DNA from: Chlorokybus atmophyticus
Taxonomy: Eukaryota > Plantae > Mesostigma and Chlorokybus algae
NCBI GenBank assembly: GCA_009103225.1
Contig: RHPI01001616.1
Span: forward strand, 250,640 to 314,639
Direction: 5' to 3'
DNA: 64,000 nt
Position 1 is the stretch's first letter. The number at the start of each line of letters is the position of its first letter. Of this stretch, positions 12,661 to 24,500 are shown piece by piece. The notes beneath the pieces were generated by a model. It was not told the origin of the DNA. It saw only the letters and a program-made list of their open reading frames with translations, and searched no databases. The translations under genes and the position numbers were made by a program.

Positions 12661-15600
12661 ACGCCGTGATTAATGTAGATGCGGTTGATAGCCAGTTGCT
12701 TGAGATGCAAGCAGCAAGCTGGTTTGATGATCTGTTTCAAGTGCATGTAATGACACATGCATGGCAAGCACATGACAAGTTGCCACTCTTTGATGTTGAA
12801 AAAGTGGAAGAGAATGCTTGTGTGCTGGTACATGTAGAGTTCAACATGTTTACCGATGTGCTGCATGCATTGACTGAGTTGCAGAATAAGCACAGAACCT
12901 TGAGTATGGTGGTGATGGTGCCAAAGTATCATGGCCCATGGTTAAAACATACTCGGGGAGGGTCTGTGTTGAAGCAATTCAGCAAGCGTGAAACAGGGAC
13001 GGTTGTCAGCCATATTGATCAACCCTCGCATTAGTAACGGACTCTTAGCTACGTTTCAAGGACGGGTGGTACCTCTGTTGTGGACATTTAATGGCACAAT
13101 GCAGGGTGTAAACAGTTCGTTCTTGATTGACACTGGTGCAACACACAACTTCGTTGAGGAACAATGGGTTGTGCACAACAAGATAGCGTGTAAACCCTCA
13201 GCATTTTCAGCTGCCGGTGCGGGGGGTGCGTTGCCAGTGAAAGGGGAAATAAAAATGAAGGTGAAGATTGGTAATTATCATGCCACTCTTACTTTCATAG
13301 TGGTATCCATCGACATATCAGGTGTTGATGTGGTATTAGGACAGGAATGGCAGGAAAATGTCAAAATGACATTGGATACTGGCGCACGTTTGTGCACGGT
13401 AAAAAAAGGTCGTAAGCGTGTAACATTGTCTGTGAAAGGGTCACATAGCTTGGACCACAAGCAGCCCGACCCTGCGCTACTCACTGCACTGCAAGTGAAA
13501 CGTGCGTTGCGCAAAAACACACCAGCTTTTCTGGTACACTTAACGTCGTCGGACGACTTTGTGCCGGGAAATACAGAAGGTGTTGCACACATCATTGAGA
13601 AGAATCAAGATGTGTTCTCAGATGAATTGCCAGGCTTACCTCCTGACCGAGGTGTCGGACACACAATACCACTCATTCCTGACAGTGAGCCTCCGTTTCG
13701 GCCTATATATAGGCTGAGCCCCCGAGAGAGGGGGGAAATGGAAACTCAAATCAAATCAATCCCTATTGGAAAAGGGATTGATTGAACCGAGTTCTTCACC
13801 CTTTGGCGCGCCCATCTTGTTTGTGATGAAAAAGAATGGAAAGCTGCGCATGTGTGTGGATTACCGTGCTTTGAACAAGATCACGGTAAAGAATAGATAC
13901 CCGTTGCCCCGGATTGATGATGTGTTTGATAAACTGTCGGGAAACGCGTACTTTAGTACGTTGGACTTGACAAGTGGGTATCATCAAATCCGGATTCATC
14001 CTTCTGATGTTTACAAGACAGCATTTAGAACACCTTCGGGCCATTATCAATACAAAGTGTTACCTTTTGGATTGACTAATGCGCCGGCAGTGTTTCAGAA
14101 GGAAATGAATAAGATTTTTGGTGGCATACNTGCATACTTGGCAAGTATGTAATGGTTTACTTGGATGACATCATTGTCTTTAGTAAAACCAAGGAAGAGC
14201 ATAAGCAGCACTTGGAAGCGGTGTTCGCCTTGCTGCGTACACATCGCTTGTTTGCCAATCTTGCGAAGTGTGACTTCTGCAAGACGGAGTTGCCATTCTT
14301 GGGGCACATTGTGAGCGGTGCGGGTGTGAAACCTGACCCTCGCAAAGTGCAATTTGTAAAGGATTGGCCTCAACCTAAGAATATCCATCAGCTGCGATCA
14401 TTCTTAGGATTGGCAAACTACTTTCGCAAGTTTATGATGGGGTACTCCACAGTAGTGGTGCCTTTGACAAAACTGTTGCGAAAAGATGCTCCATTCTTAT
14501 GGACAGCTGAACAAGAAGCTGCTATGCAACAGGTGAAGCTAGCTTTGACTTCTGCTCCAGTGTTGGCATTGCCAAACTGGGACAAGCATTTCACTGTGGT
14601 TAGCGATGCGTCCACCCTTGGGTGTGGTGCAGTACTGTTGCAAGATGGCAGACCATGTGCTTATGAGAGTAGGAAGTTCATCCCAGCAGAGGTGAATTAC
14701 ACTACCACCGAGCAAGAGTTGCTTGGTATAGTACATGCTCTGAAGACATGGCGATATTACTTGGAGGGGGTTCAGTTCACAGTGGTGACTGATCATAATC
14801 CATTGGTGTATTTCTCAACACAGCAAAACTTGTCACGAAGGCAAGCTCGCTGGAATGAGTTTCTGTCTCGGTTTACCTTTGAGTGGGTATACCGGCCAGG
14901 CAGAACTAATGTTGCTGATCCTCTGAGTCGTTGTCCATCATTGTTGGCAGTTATGCGTGCGCAATTGCTTGCGACGCGCGGTACAATGCCACCGGATGAT
15001 GAGTTTGTGCAAGCTGTTGTGCAAGGGTATGCTTTTGACCCATGGTTCTCGTCGGAGGACAACGTGCAAAAGCTGAACAAACGAGACAACTTGTATTATG
15101 TGGGCACCAGCTTGGTAATACCTGACCATGCTGGGTTGCGTGCGAAATGCATAGCTGATGTACACGATCCACCGTACGCTGGGCACTTTGGCAGTCGCAA
15201 GACTGTTAAGGCAGCGCAACAGTTGTATTGGTGGCCATCGTTGCCTGTTGACGTAAATCGGTATGTGGACACGTGTGACAAATGTCAGCGTGATAAGCCG
15301 TTACGTCAGAAACCCGCTGGTTTGCTGCGACCATTGCCTATTCCTGATGGCAAATGGGAAAGTGTGAGTATGGACTTAATTACTGAGCTCCCAGAGACAG
15401 CATTAGGTCACACTGCGGTTGCATTTTATGTGGATCGTTTGACAAAAATGGTCCACATTGTCCCTTGTCGCACGGAGATAGGCTCCCGTGAGTTGGCGAT
15501 GGTTTTTGTCGCGTCTGTGTTCAAGTTGCATGGCTTGCCCCGCAACTTTGTGTCAGATCGCGATCCGCGATTTGTAGCTTAGTTTTGGAAGTCGCTATGC

Positions 15601-16973
15601 AGCTTCTTACACATTCAGCAGAACATGAGCACTGCTTACCATCCACAGACGGATGGTCAGACAGAACGCGCCAATCAAGTGATTGAGGAAACCATCCGGC
15701 ATTATGTGAGCCCGAATCAGAGTGATTGGGATATTTATCTCCCAAGGGCTGAGTTGGCGATCAATAATGCATGGCAAGAGAGTGTGCAGGAGACTCCGTT
15801 CTTCTTGAATTACGGAGTGCATCCACTGAGTCCTGCGAACATTAAGTTGCCCGCTACTGACGTGACTCGCGTACCTGCAGCGCGCGAGATGGCTTCGGCC
15901 ATGCAGGATAGGTTAGCGTTGGCAAAAGACTGTCTGCGCGCAGCGCAAGACAGACAAATAGCCCAAGCTGATGCGCATCGTTGAGAGGCCAACTACGATG
16001 TGGGCTGTTCGGTGCTTCTAAGTACCAAAAACGTATCCATCAAGGGAGTGGGTACCCGCAAGTTTTTCCCTCGCTGGATAGGCCCTTTCAAAATAACTGA
16101 TCGGGTCGGCACTCAAGCGTATCGTTTGGACTTGCTAAAGTCGATACGCATTCACAATGTGTTTCACGTGAGTGTACTGAAACCATACCGTTCTGACGGT
16201 CGGGTTCAACCTCCTCCACCCCCTGTTGCAGTGGATGGCCACGATACTTTCGAGTATGAGGTGGAAGCTGTAACGGGAAGGTGCATTAAATTACCACAAA
16301 TCGACCATACAAGCACCAAGTCTTTTGTGGTCGAGTGGGCTGTGACATTGGTCATCGGAGCTTGAGACCCGGGTTCGATTCCTGCCTTGCACACGAATTC
16401 CGCGGTCGTTGTTTCTCGATCCAATAACATCGTAAATGGTCACTTTATGAGTGCCATCATCGATGGGTCGCGACTTGCCTAATGGCAGTCGCGCCGAACT
16501 GACCAGTTCAGTCGGCGCGGCAGGGCGCGACCTGCCTATCGCGGCGACGCGACCTGTGGGGCCGGCAGCGGCGCGGTACGCGCGCGCTGACCGGTATGGG
16601 CCTAAATTGGCCGGTCCTTGGATGGTGGGGCCGGTGACCGACCCTAAATCAGACCCCTGGGAAGATTCCCCAGCTGATGGGCGCCAGCTGCCGAGGACGT
16701 CAGCGTTCTTAAGTGGGGGGGAATGTAACGGGAAGGTACATTAAATTACCACAAATCGACCATAAAAGCACCAAGTCTTTTGTGGTCCAGTGGGCTGTGA
16801 CAGAAGCAATCCTGAGTCACCGGAAGCCTCGACGCGGAAGCGCGCCGTCTTACTTGGTGAAATGGAAAGGGTATGGTGTTGAGCACAACACGTGGGAGCC
16901 CGAAAGGAATCTTACCAACTGCCAAGAGATTCTTCGGGGGTACTGGAGTGCTATGTCCACACGCGGACGGTAA
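12661..16973 (+). pseudogene. pol: Pol of chromovirus 1 (PR, RT, RNase H, integrase, chromodomain), fragmented
   Basis: LIDTGA, YLDD, SDAS/TDH, H-x6-H..C-x2-C, SDRD, TDGQTE, GPF, LVKWKGYGVEHNTWEP. Frameshifts or stops at ~13000, ~13760, ~14130 (N), 15580 and 15982, plus a TRIM insertion. Confidence 0.95.
16269..16802 (+). mobile_element. TRIM (miniature non-autonomous LTR retrotransposon), copy 1
   Basis: 79-bp LTRs (16269-16347, 16724-16802) TGTAAC..GTGACA, TSD GAAGC, PBS TGGTCATCGGAGC, PPT AAGTGGGGGGGAA. Inserted into the chromodomain codons YEVEA|ILSHRK. Confidence 0.93.
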
Positions 16974-17083
16974 AAGGGTGCTGGCAGACATCTTTACCGC
17001 TTAGGCCCTGGTTCTCTCACTGCTTTGGTTCTCGGTGCTCATGGTGGGGCTTTGCTAACCCTTCAATGAGGACATTGAAACCT

Positions 17084-17096
17084 AAGTGGGGGGGAA
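17084..17096 (+). promoter_or_regulatory. Polypurine tract of chromovirus 1
   Basis: AAGTG7AA immediately before the 3' LTR. Confidence 0.9.
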
Positions 17097-17435
17097 TGTA
17101 ACGGAGTGCTACCTTTATGTAGGTTCCCCGCCCTTATTTAAGATTAAATAAGGGTCCCAACGGGTATATACAGCCAATTAAGCCGTATTAGGGCCGTTAA
17201 CCTAGTGTTAAGACCCTAATGTAGTGTTACTTAATTGTAACACTGATATCGACATGAGACATGAGTCTCATGTCGATATCAGCTGTATGGCGGCACTGCT
17301 AACGCAGCAGCCGCCGTAGCCAGGGGATCTTCTGCTTCGGCAGTTGCCCCTGGCGGCGGCGGTGTGGTCGGCGTGGCTGGTGGTGGTGTTGGGGTAGGGG
17401 ATTAAAGGGCGGAGGTAGCACCCCCTCACCTTACA
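17097..17435 (+). repeat. 3' LTR of chromovirus 1
   Basis: TGTAAC...CTTACA, 339 bp, followed by TSD GTGGC. Confidence 0.95.
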
Positions 17436-20400
17436 GTGGCTGCACGGTAAGCACATATCGCGGTCCCTCCTGACGGTCATTGCGTGCGCGTATGTTGTGC
17501 ACGTATATAAACGCAAGCATGTGATTGGCTTACACCTCCTAGCAGTGTGTATGCTGAGCAGGGGTGGACGTCCAATCGGTAGTGGATCTTGCGCCTGCAA
17601 TCCATACATCAATGAGAATTATACCGTGGTTTGACCCAATCGGAGATAAGTACTGGTCCGACTTCACCAGCGGCATCACGAAGGTGATTGTAACGCACAC
17701 TTGCCGATGCTAGCTACAATGCCCTACTGAAGCGACAAGGAGAGTTGCGCGCATATGCCCAGATCCCTCAACGTTGGATCTCTTGAATACCGTGGCCTCA
17801 CCTACAATGTCACCGTGACCGCCTTTGCAGCTTCGGCAAAGTATCCCAAACCGGTTGCTGCTCATGAAGTAATAGCCGTGTTTGCATGGCAAACACAACC
17901 ATTGCCACATATCAGCATAATTGACACAACAGCCATTGCGTGTGACACCACCGCCGGTGTCCCCAGCAGTATTGGTAATGACGCCCACTACCGTTCGCAT
18001 TGCAGTCCTTAAAATAAACGTTTAATCGGACTTGAGTGCTTGCTGCGTGGGAAGTACATTGGCAATCTCCCACTCTTCTCAGGTGAAGTTGCGGTATGTT
18101 GAGAAGTACTCATATACACATGGGCACTCGACTTTTGCTGTGCACGTTTGAGTGCACGGGAGAGTTGCCGGCGTCGCGTACGGTACGCAAACAGCGATCG
18201 TGTCAATTTTGACATCCCTGCTCTTGTGGTGACAGGATTTCAAGTTGACATTACACCCTTTGTTGGCGTGCTCAATGACGGTCTCGAGCATTACATTACG
18301 TTCCTTACCATGAAAATGTTTTATATATGGCGGATACAAGGTGAGGCAAATACGCCGCTGCACACCCGATTGGTGATTTGTAGTTGATGATGTGTGCTGC
18401 GCAGCAGCTTGATATCATTAATGCATTGAGCAGGTTGATGCCAACTTGCATGTGCACCTTGATTACGGCGTTGCGGTTGTGACCGGAAAAATGTTATTGG
18501 CGCAAGCAATAAGAGGCTTGGAACCGGTCAATGCTATAAGTGTCAAACTCCCACGTCAACCCAACTACGTCATGGAGTCACAGCTTGTTTATTGGCAGCA
18601 CAAAATTTGTCGGTCACTGTAACGGTTTGCACAGCTGCGTATAGGATCTTCATCGCGTGCATGTCGTGGGTTTATGGCCACCAATGCTGATATTAATCAT
18701 CTCATCTACAATGTTGCACGACAGACTTCACGCGGCAGTATCACAACCACAATCACCGGCGATGCATACCGCAAGGCGGATAAGTACCACTTTCACTACA
18801 CCGTCGACACGCGGTCCACTGTACATGTGGTGCGTACATAGCAGCAAACACAGTAAGTGCAGCTTGGCCTCGAATACATGTGTCGCAGGTACTGAACGCG
18901 ACGATAACAATTGCACGCGCATACGGCCGTGCACCTCCTATGTATACACCAGTCAATCTGTACACATAGGCCGAGCGAAGGTATCATTACTTCTTTGAGA
19001 CGGGTCACATCCATCGATACATAACTTGGACTCCACGTCGTCAACCACTGTGCGCAAGACACCTCACCTTGACGCGTTTTCGCTATACGAGTCGCAAGGC
19101 GTTGATGTTTACACCTGCTTTAGATACGACGGCTTGACAGTCTATTACAATCCCAACTACACGTAAGTGTCTGCTCAGGATTCGCAGCTCAACATTAACA
19201 AAACTTGCTATAGCGAGGTGTATCAGTACGGTGCCAGATCAGATTATCCAATCGACATCATCAATGAGAAACGCAGCAACTCATCACAGTGCTCAAGGGG
19301 TAAGATGACTTACATTCGGTCAAAGGATTGAAGTGCAGTGATCACTTGTCAACCATGATGGTGGATGGTTAGTAGCTGATCCACCAGCTGCATATGTGTT
19401 GTTCATGTTCAAGCATGTTACATGTAGTTGTCTAGCTTGCCTTTTGTATCGTTTTATACAGCAGCAGATACGCAAGTGTTCATGCGGTATAAGGTATGCT
19501 TCAACACTAACAATGCTTGCAAGCTGTTTCGTGCATGTGCGTGCACACATACGGCAAGGATACTGTTGTATGTGAGGTGCGTACACGATGTACTTGTTTT
19601 GGGCAAACAATATGTGTGAGAGGGAGTTCTTTTAGAGTATACAACAAGCAACACCTTGCAGACCTCGTGCAAGTCTGCAAGCACGCATAACGTTGTGGCA
19701 CGGTTGGTAGCCAGAAGCTGCAATACATTAAGGCAACATGGGTACATCTGGGTACTCAAAACGGTAGGTAATCAGCCTCGCAGCGTATGCAGCTCTGAAT
19801 GCCATGAGCTGTAGCCGCACTGCGCGTGCATTGCAACTCGTACCCCAAATGCCATGCTAATCAACATTTAGTGTCAATGGGGCAATAACGGAGCACCACT
19901 TGCGGCTACAAGCTGCAAGTGAACAACATTGTGGAAAGATGGTCCAGCAATAGGGAGTGGGTCAACTTGCGCAGTAGGCTGCACATAGCCAATGTGCTTT
20001 GACGTGGCGCAAGCGCAGGGCCCAACCACACCAAAGGTGACTCGTCTGGAACAAGCTCAATGATACTTATGCACAAGACTGTGCGCAACACTGCGCAATA
20101 TGCGAGATGCAGCGCACAAGTGACGCACGTGCATTCTTCCGAGTACTTTGCATGTGGAGGCCGCAGCAAAAAGACAAGCGGCTGGTCCCAATGCCGCAAA
20201 CACACGTTGCGTGTGCCACACGGCACTTCACATATCCTGTACACTGTTGCTTCTGCATAAAAGTGCACTGTGTGAGTGGTTGGCACGTCAAAGAGGGAGG
20301 ACAGAGCTGTTGCACACGCTACACGACGGAGGGTCTGCTGTGCTGGCCAGTTGAAGGCCTCCTATTTTCTGACGGTACTTTGCTAAATCAAACACCAACG

Positions 20401-21561
20401 TACCTTACCAACGGTTGATGGCATTCTCATCACAGAACGCGCGTGCATGCGTGTTTGTACGTACACGTGTGCTCGCATCAAGTTTGCTTGCATGCCAACG
20501 CGCTGCCATGCTTACAGTCTTGTTTGCTATGTATACAAGCATACATGTAATTCAGATGTATAGCACATAACATGACTACAGCACTTATGGTTTTGCAGAG
20601 AGGTGGTTGCAGACACGCTGCTGCAGACACGCCCGTATGCGTGGGTGCAGCCCTGCAGTTGCGTGTCTGCTTGCAAGTTAATCTGTGCACGCATGTGTGG
20701 GTGAAAATCCATGTGTGTGCGCAAGTGCATGTACACTTGACAGCAGGTGCACTAAATCCAACTGGGTACATTCCTTGATTGCACACCCATCTGCCATTGT
20801 ACAGGATATGCTGGCAGTAGTTGGAGACATGCATGACCTCACTCACAGCATGCCAAACAGCAACATGCAAGCACATTACAACACAACCACCGGGCTATAC
20901 ACACTGGTTGTTCCTCTACTACACTACACTAGTCTAGACCTCCCCGTTAGGCATGCATACATGCGTATTAGTAGTGCATTACCTGCCCACACATGCCCTG
21001 TCAGTGTGTTCATGTCAAAGTGCTGGTGCATGTGTGCATGCGCCGCTGCGGGAATGCAATCATGTTGGTTGTGTTGTACAAAGTATGCAGGAGGGAATGC
21101 ATAACATGCAAACCTACGTGCTTAGCTGTGGCTGTTCTGTTGGCTTGCTGCGTGAATGAGTGTGTCATGTACAAGACAACACCTCTTTGGAAGAACCATG
21201 CTTGTTGAACTGCGACGTTTGCAACTTGTGTTCACAAAAGTCAGATAGAACCGTGCCACACATGTGACAAGCACATTGCGTCAACCCAAGCACACAAGCG
21301 ACTCAGTCGGCGAACAATCGATCACAAAACCACGTTGCATTAACTGTATCTAACCTCCCCCTCTCCCTAGATAGTTATGTATACGTAGTCGAGTTCTGGT
21401 CTCCTCAGTCTCTGTACATATAAGCCCTAAACAACTCCCTACCCAACCCTATCCTCCCGACTCGCACACACTCAGTGGGCCAAAGCCAGACACAACACTC
21501 TCAACACCCACCACACCCACACCCATACCCACAAACAGGAACCAATCTAACATGTATCGTG

Positions 21562-24500
21562 TCACCGTCCTTCTCTTGGCGGAGGATTGCGTAATTGTGC
21601 GTTTGACAGCATCTGATGCATGCTTCCCAAACCATTGTCGCTTGCATTGATGTTGTTGTTGTGTATGTCTGCGGCGGTGTTGTTGTGTATGTCCGTGATG
21701 ATGTCCATGACGCGGGCAGGGTGAGGCGGCGAGTGCAAATGTGGTTGCCATGACCACAACAAGCTGCTATTCACAGCATCAACGGCAGCAGCCGTAGAGA
21801 GGGAGCCTTGCGTTGGGACCACGCCGTCCGTCTCAGAGTGCTGATTGTGATTGTGATTGTGGTTGTTGGTGTCAGTGCAGTAGCGTTTCGTGTCGTGGGC
21901 ATCAGCATTCGTGTTATCCTCGTGGGCGTTGTTGCCAGTGTTTATGTTGTGGGTGTTGTTGTTGCCGCGGTCGTACTCAGCGGAGGTGCGCTTGAAGTAG
22001 CTCTCCAACAATATCCCACTCCCGCCTCCACCTGCACCACCTCCATTCCCACCTCCACCTCCACGTGCACCACCTTGGTTCTCTCCCAACATGGCGGCCC
22101 ACTGCTCGCGCCACTCTGTGTCCACGCTGTCCCACGTGTGCACGTGGGTGTGGGCATGCTCACTATTGTCCATGAAGCCATCTTGGTTGTAGTTGTTGCT
22201 GTTGTGGTGATGGTTGTTGTGGTGGTGGTTGTCATCCACCTGCACGTTGTTCTCGCCTGCACCAGAGCATAGCCTGCTGTTGTCCGACCCGGATCCAAAT
22301 CCAGAACCAGAACCAGATCCGGAGCCAGATGCATGTGAGCTTCCTCCTCCGTCCATGTCCGCTGCTTCCAGCTTCACTTTGGCTTCTTGCTTCACTACTC
22401 TGGCACTGGATTCTGCTCCCCTTTCAGTGTCGCTACCGCTCGTGCTGCCATTGTCTTTAACAAAAGCCAGCCGCGTGTGCGTGTGCTTGGCACCCGTCAT
22501 GCTGTTGGTGTTGTTGTTGGTGTTGATGTTGGGCTTGATGTCCTCACACATGTTGAGGTTTGTCCACCCTGCGACGTGTGTCGATGAAGGCAAACCCCTC
22601 GGGCTCTGCAACGATAGGTGTGATACACGCTGAGCTGTTGTTGTGGCTACTGCTAAGGCGTGAGCGTTGTTGTTGGTGATGGCATAACTGCTGTTGCCAT
22701 TCCTGAAGGCCACTCTGGCAGGCTGCCCATGCTGTTGTTGTTGGGCTGCCAGTGTGGACACGCCAATAAGCGACCCGTCCATGACCCCACGCTCACGAGC
22801 CACGCGGGCAAGGTCGCCTCTCAGCGCAGAGGCCGAGCGCCAGGACGGGAGGTTAGTGCTCATGTTGTTGTCCATGTTGTTGCTGTGGCCAGAACTGGAG
22901 CTCCCGCTGCCATTCTCACCGTACCACATGAGCATAGGCCGCAGCTCAGATGCCGGCACAACCTGCATGAGATGATGTTAGGACCAAAACAACAACTTAT
23001 ACTGTGTGCGCATGCATGCGGGGGCATTGGTGTGCATGTACGTGTGTGGGAGGGCATCAGTTGGTGCGTGCACACGGGGAACACACACACACACAACATG
23101 TACCTGTACAGGTGGTTGTCCCGATGCCGGTCCCGCATCCAGTGACACTTGCACCATGTTGTGTCCCAGCAGCCCAACAATAGTACATCCCCACCACGCT
23201 GCGTTCCCACCACGCACCTCACCCCCCCCGCCAACCACCTCCACGCGGTCCCCGAGGGCCCACCCGAGGTGCGCCTGACCCGCATGAAAGGCGGGTCCAC
23301 AGGGTGCGCACTCGGCATTGAAAGGGGCAGGAGGCGAAGGCCTCACTAGTGGCAAAGGTGAAGGTGAGCCCTCATCGCTGCGAAGCGTCAGGTCCCGGGA
23401 CCTGTACAAAGGGACCCAAGACGCAGACCTAGGCGGGTTGGGGAATGTGTTTGGGTCCAACACGGGGCCTTGCCTCACGCTTCCTCCTTCACGAGTTCTG
23501 TCACAATACTGAACCTGCGCTTCAATCTGCGGCTCCGTCCGCGCATCCACATACTGCACACATAGGAATACAACTCAACATCAGAACCCAAAGTGGGAAC
23601 CAACATCAGGTCCCAAACACAACATGCAACCAGATCCTGGGATTGGGTCGGTCCTTACCTTTGCATTGAACCAAGCGCCTCGGAACTTCTCTGTTAGGGA
23701 CTGCACTTCCACATTGTCTCCTTTGCGAAATGGTGGTGGGAATCGCGGTGCAAAGGACGAATTGTTGTTGTTGTTGTTGTGGGCGACATTGCTGAGGGAC
23801 GGGGAGAGAGGCGGCCGGGACGCGTAGGAGATTTGGTGGTGATGGTGGTGGTGGTGGTGATGGTGGTGGAAGGAGGAGGATGGAAGGGCCAACATGGTGG
23901 GAGTGTCACCGGCAGCGTCACTGCTGGCGTCGCTGCAGCTGTCATTGTCAAACTCCATGTCGTCTGTGCAAAACACACAAGCGTCAGTGGCTGCATGTGT
24001 AGGTGTGCGTTGGATACCAACCCACATGCATGCTCACAACGATGCGCCCCAACACATGACATACGGGCATGCATGTATGCACGCAACCAACTTGTAAATG
24101 CAGCAGGGTACGCGCACACATGTACACATGCACACATGCATGTGCACTTGCACAACATCCAAGGAAGCAACTCATACCTCCAGCTGCATCGGTATCAGCC
24201 ATCCACCGATTGACGTAGTTGTTGTCATCCTTATTATCCCCGTCCTGGTCATTGCTCATATTGGTGTGCAGCTGCGCCATCATGCGTGGGTTGTGTGCCC
24301 CGGGATGATGAGAATGTTGATGCCCAATCGGAAGGTGATGATGATGATGATGCGACGACGAGGCCACGGGCTCAGATGAAGGGATCATACCAAGACGAAT
24401 CCACATCTCGCGCACGGCGGGAGTTTGAGGCTCGGGCAACGGGGGCCCACAACCTGTGTATGTGTGTTTGTGTGGGTATGTTGTGTCGGTTTTCACTCAC

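Larger units (their letters stand above)
10014..17435 (+). mobile_element. Full-length Ty3/gypsy chromovirus, copy 1 (defective)
   Basis: 339-bp LTRs TG..CA, TSD GTGGC (10009-10013 / 17436-17440), PBS, PPT, and gag-PR-RT-RH-INT-chromodomain order with stops and frameshifts. Confidence 0.97.
9720..19299 (+). pseudogene. Decayed PNGase A-like gene, copy 2, interrupted by a chromovirus at 10014-17435
   Basis: The 5' part ends ITFGVW at the insertion. The 3' part has YWSDFTSGIT, YRGLTYNVTVTAF, FQVDITPFVGVLNDGLEHYITF, VDANLH, KTCYSEV..SNSSQC and a GTAAG donor at 19300. Many disablements. Confidence 0.7.
7400..19400 (+). repeat. Right arm of the inverted duplication (expanded by a 7.4-kb chromovirus insertion)
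   Basis: Collinear with the reverse complement of 1750-6450 once 10014-17440 is removed. Confidence 0.8.

Noticed and set aside
14120-14150. Frameshift in RT of chromovirus 1 as programmed or biological
   Set aside because: It coincides with an N flanked by a duplicated GCATAC, so it is likely a scaffolding artefact.
11262-15822. Numerous antisense and alternate-frame ORFs over gag/pol (and over the low-complexity TF exons)
   Set aside because: Shadow ORFs of real coding sequence with no independent domain signal.
19400-21400. Short ORFs and possible exons downstream of PNGase copy 2
   Set aside because: No motif, TG/CA-rich intron-like composition and no consistent splice model.
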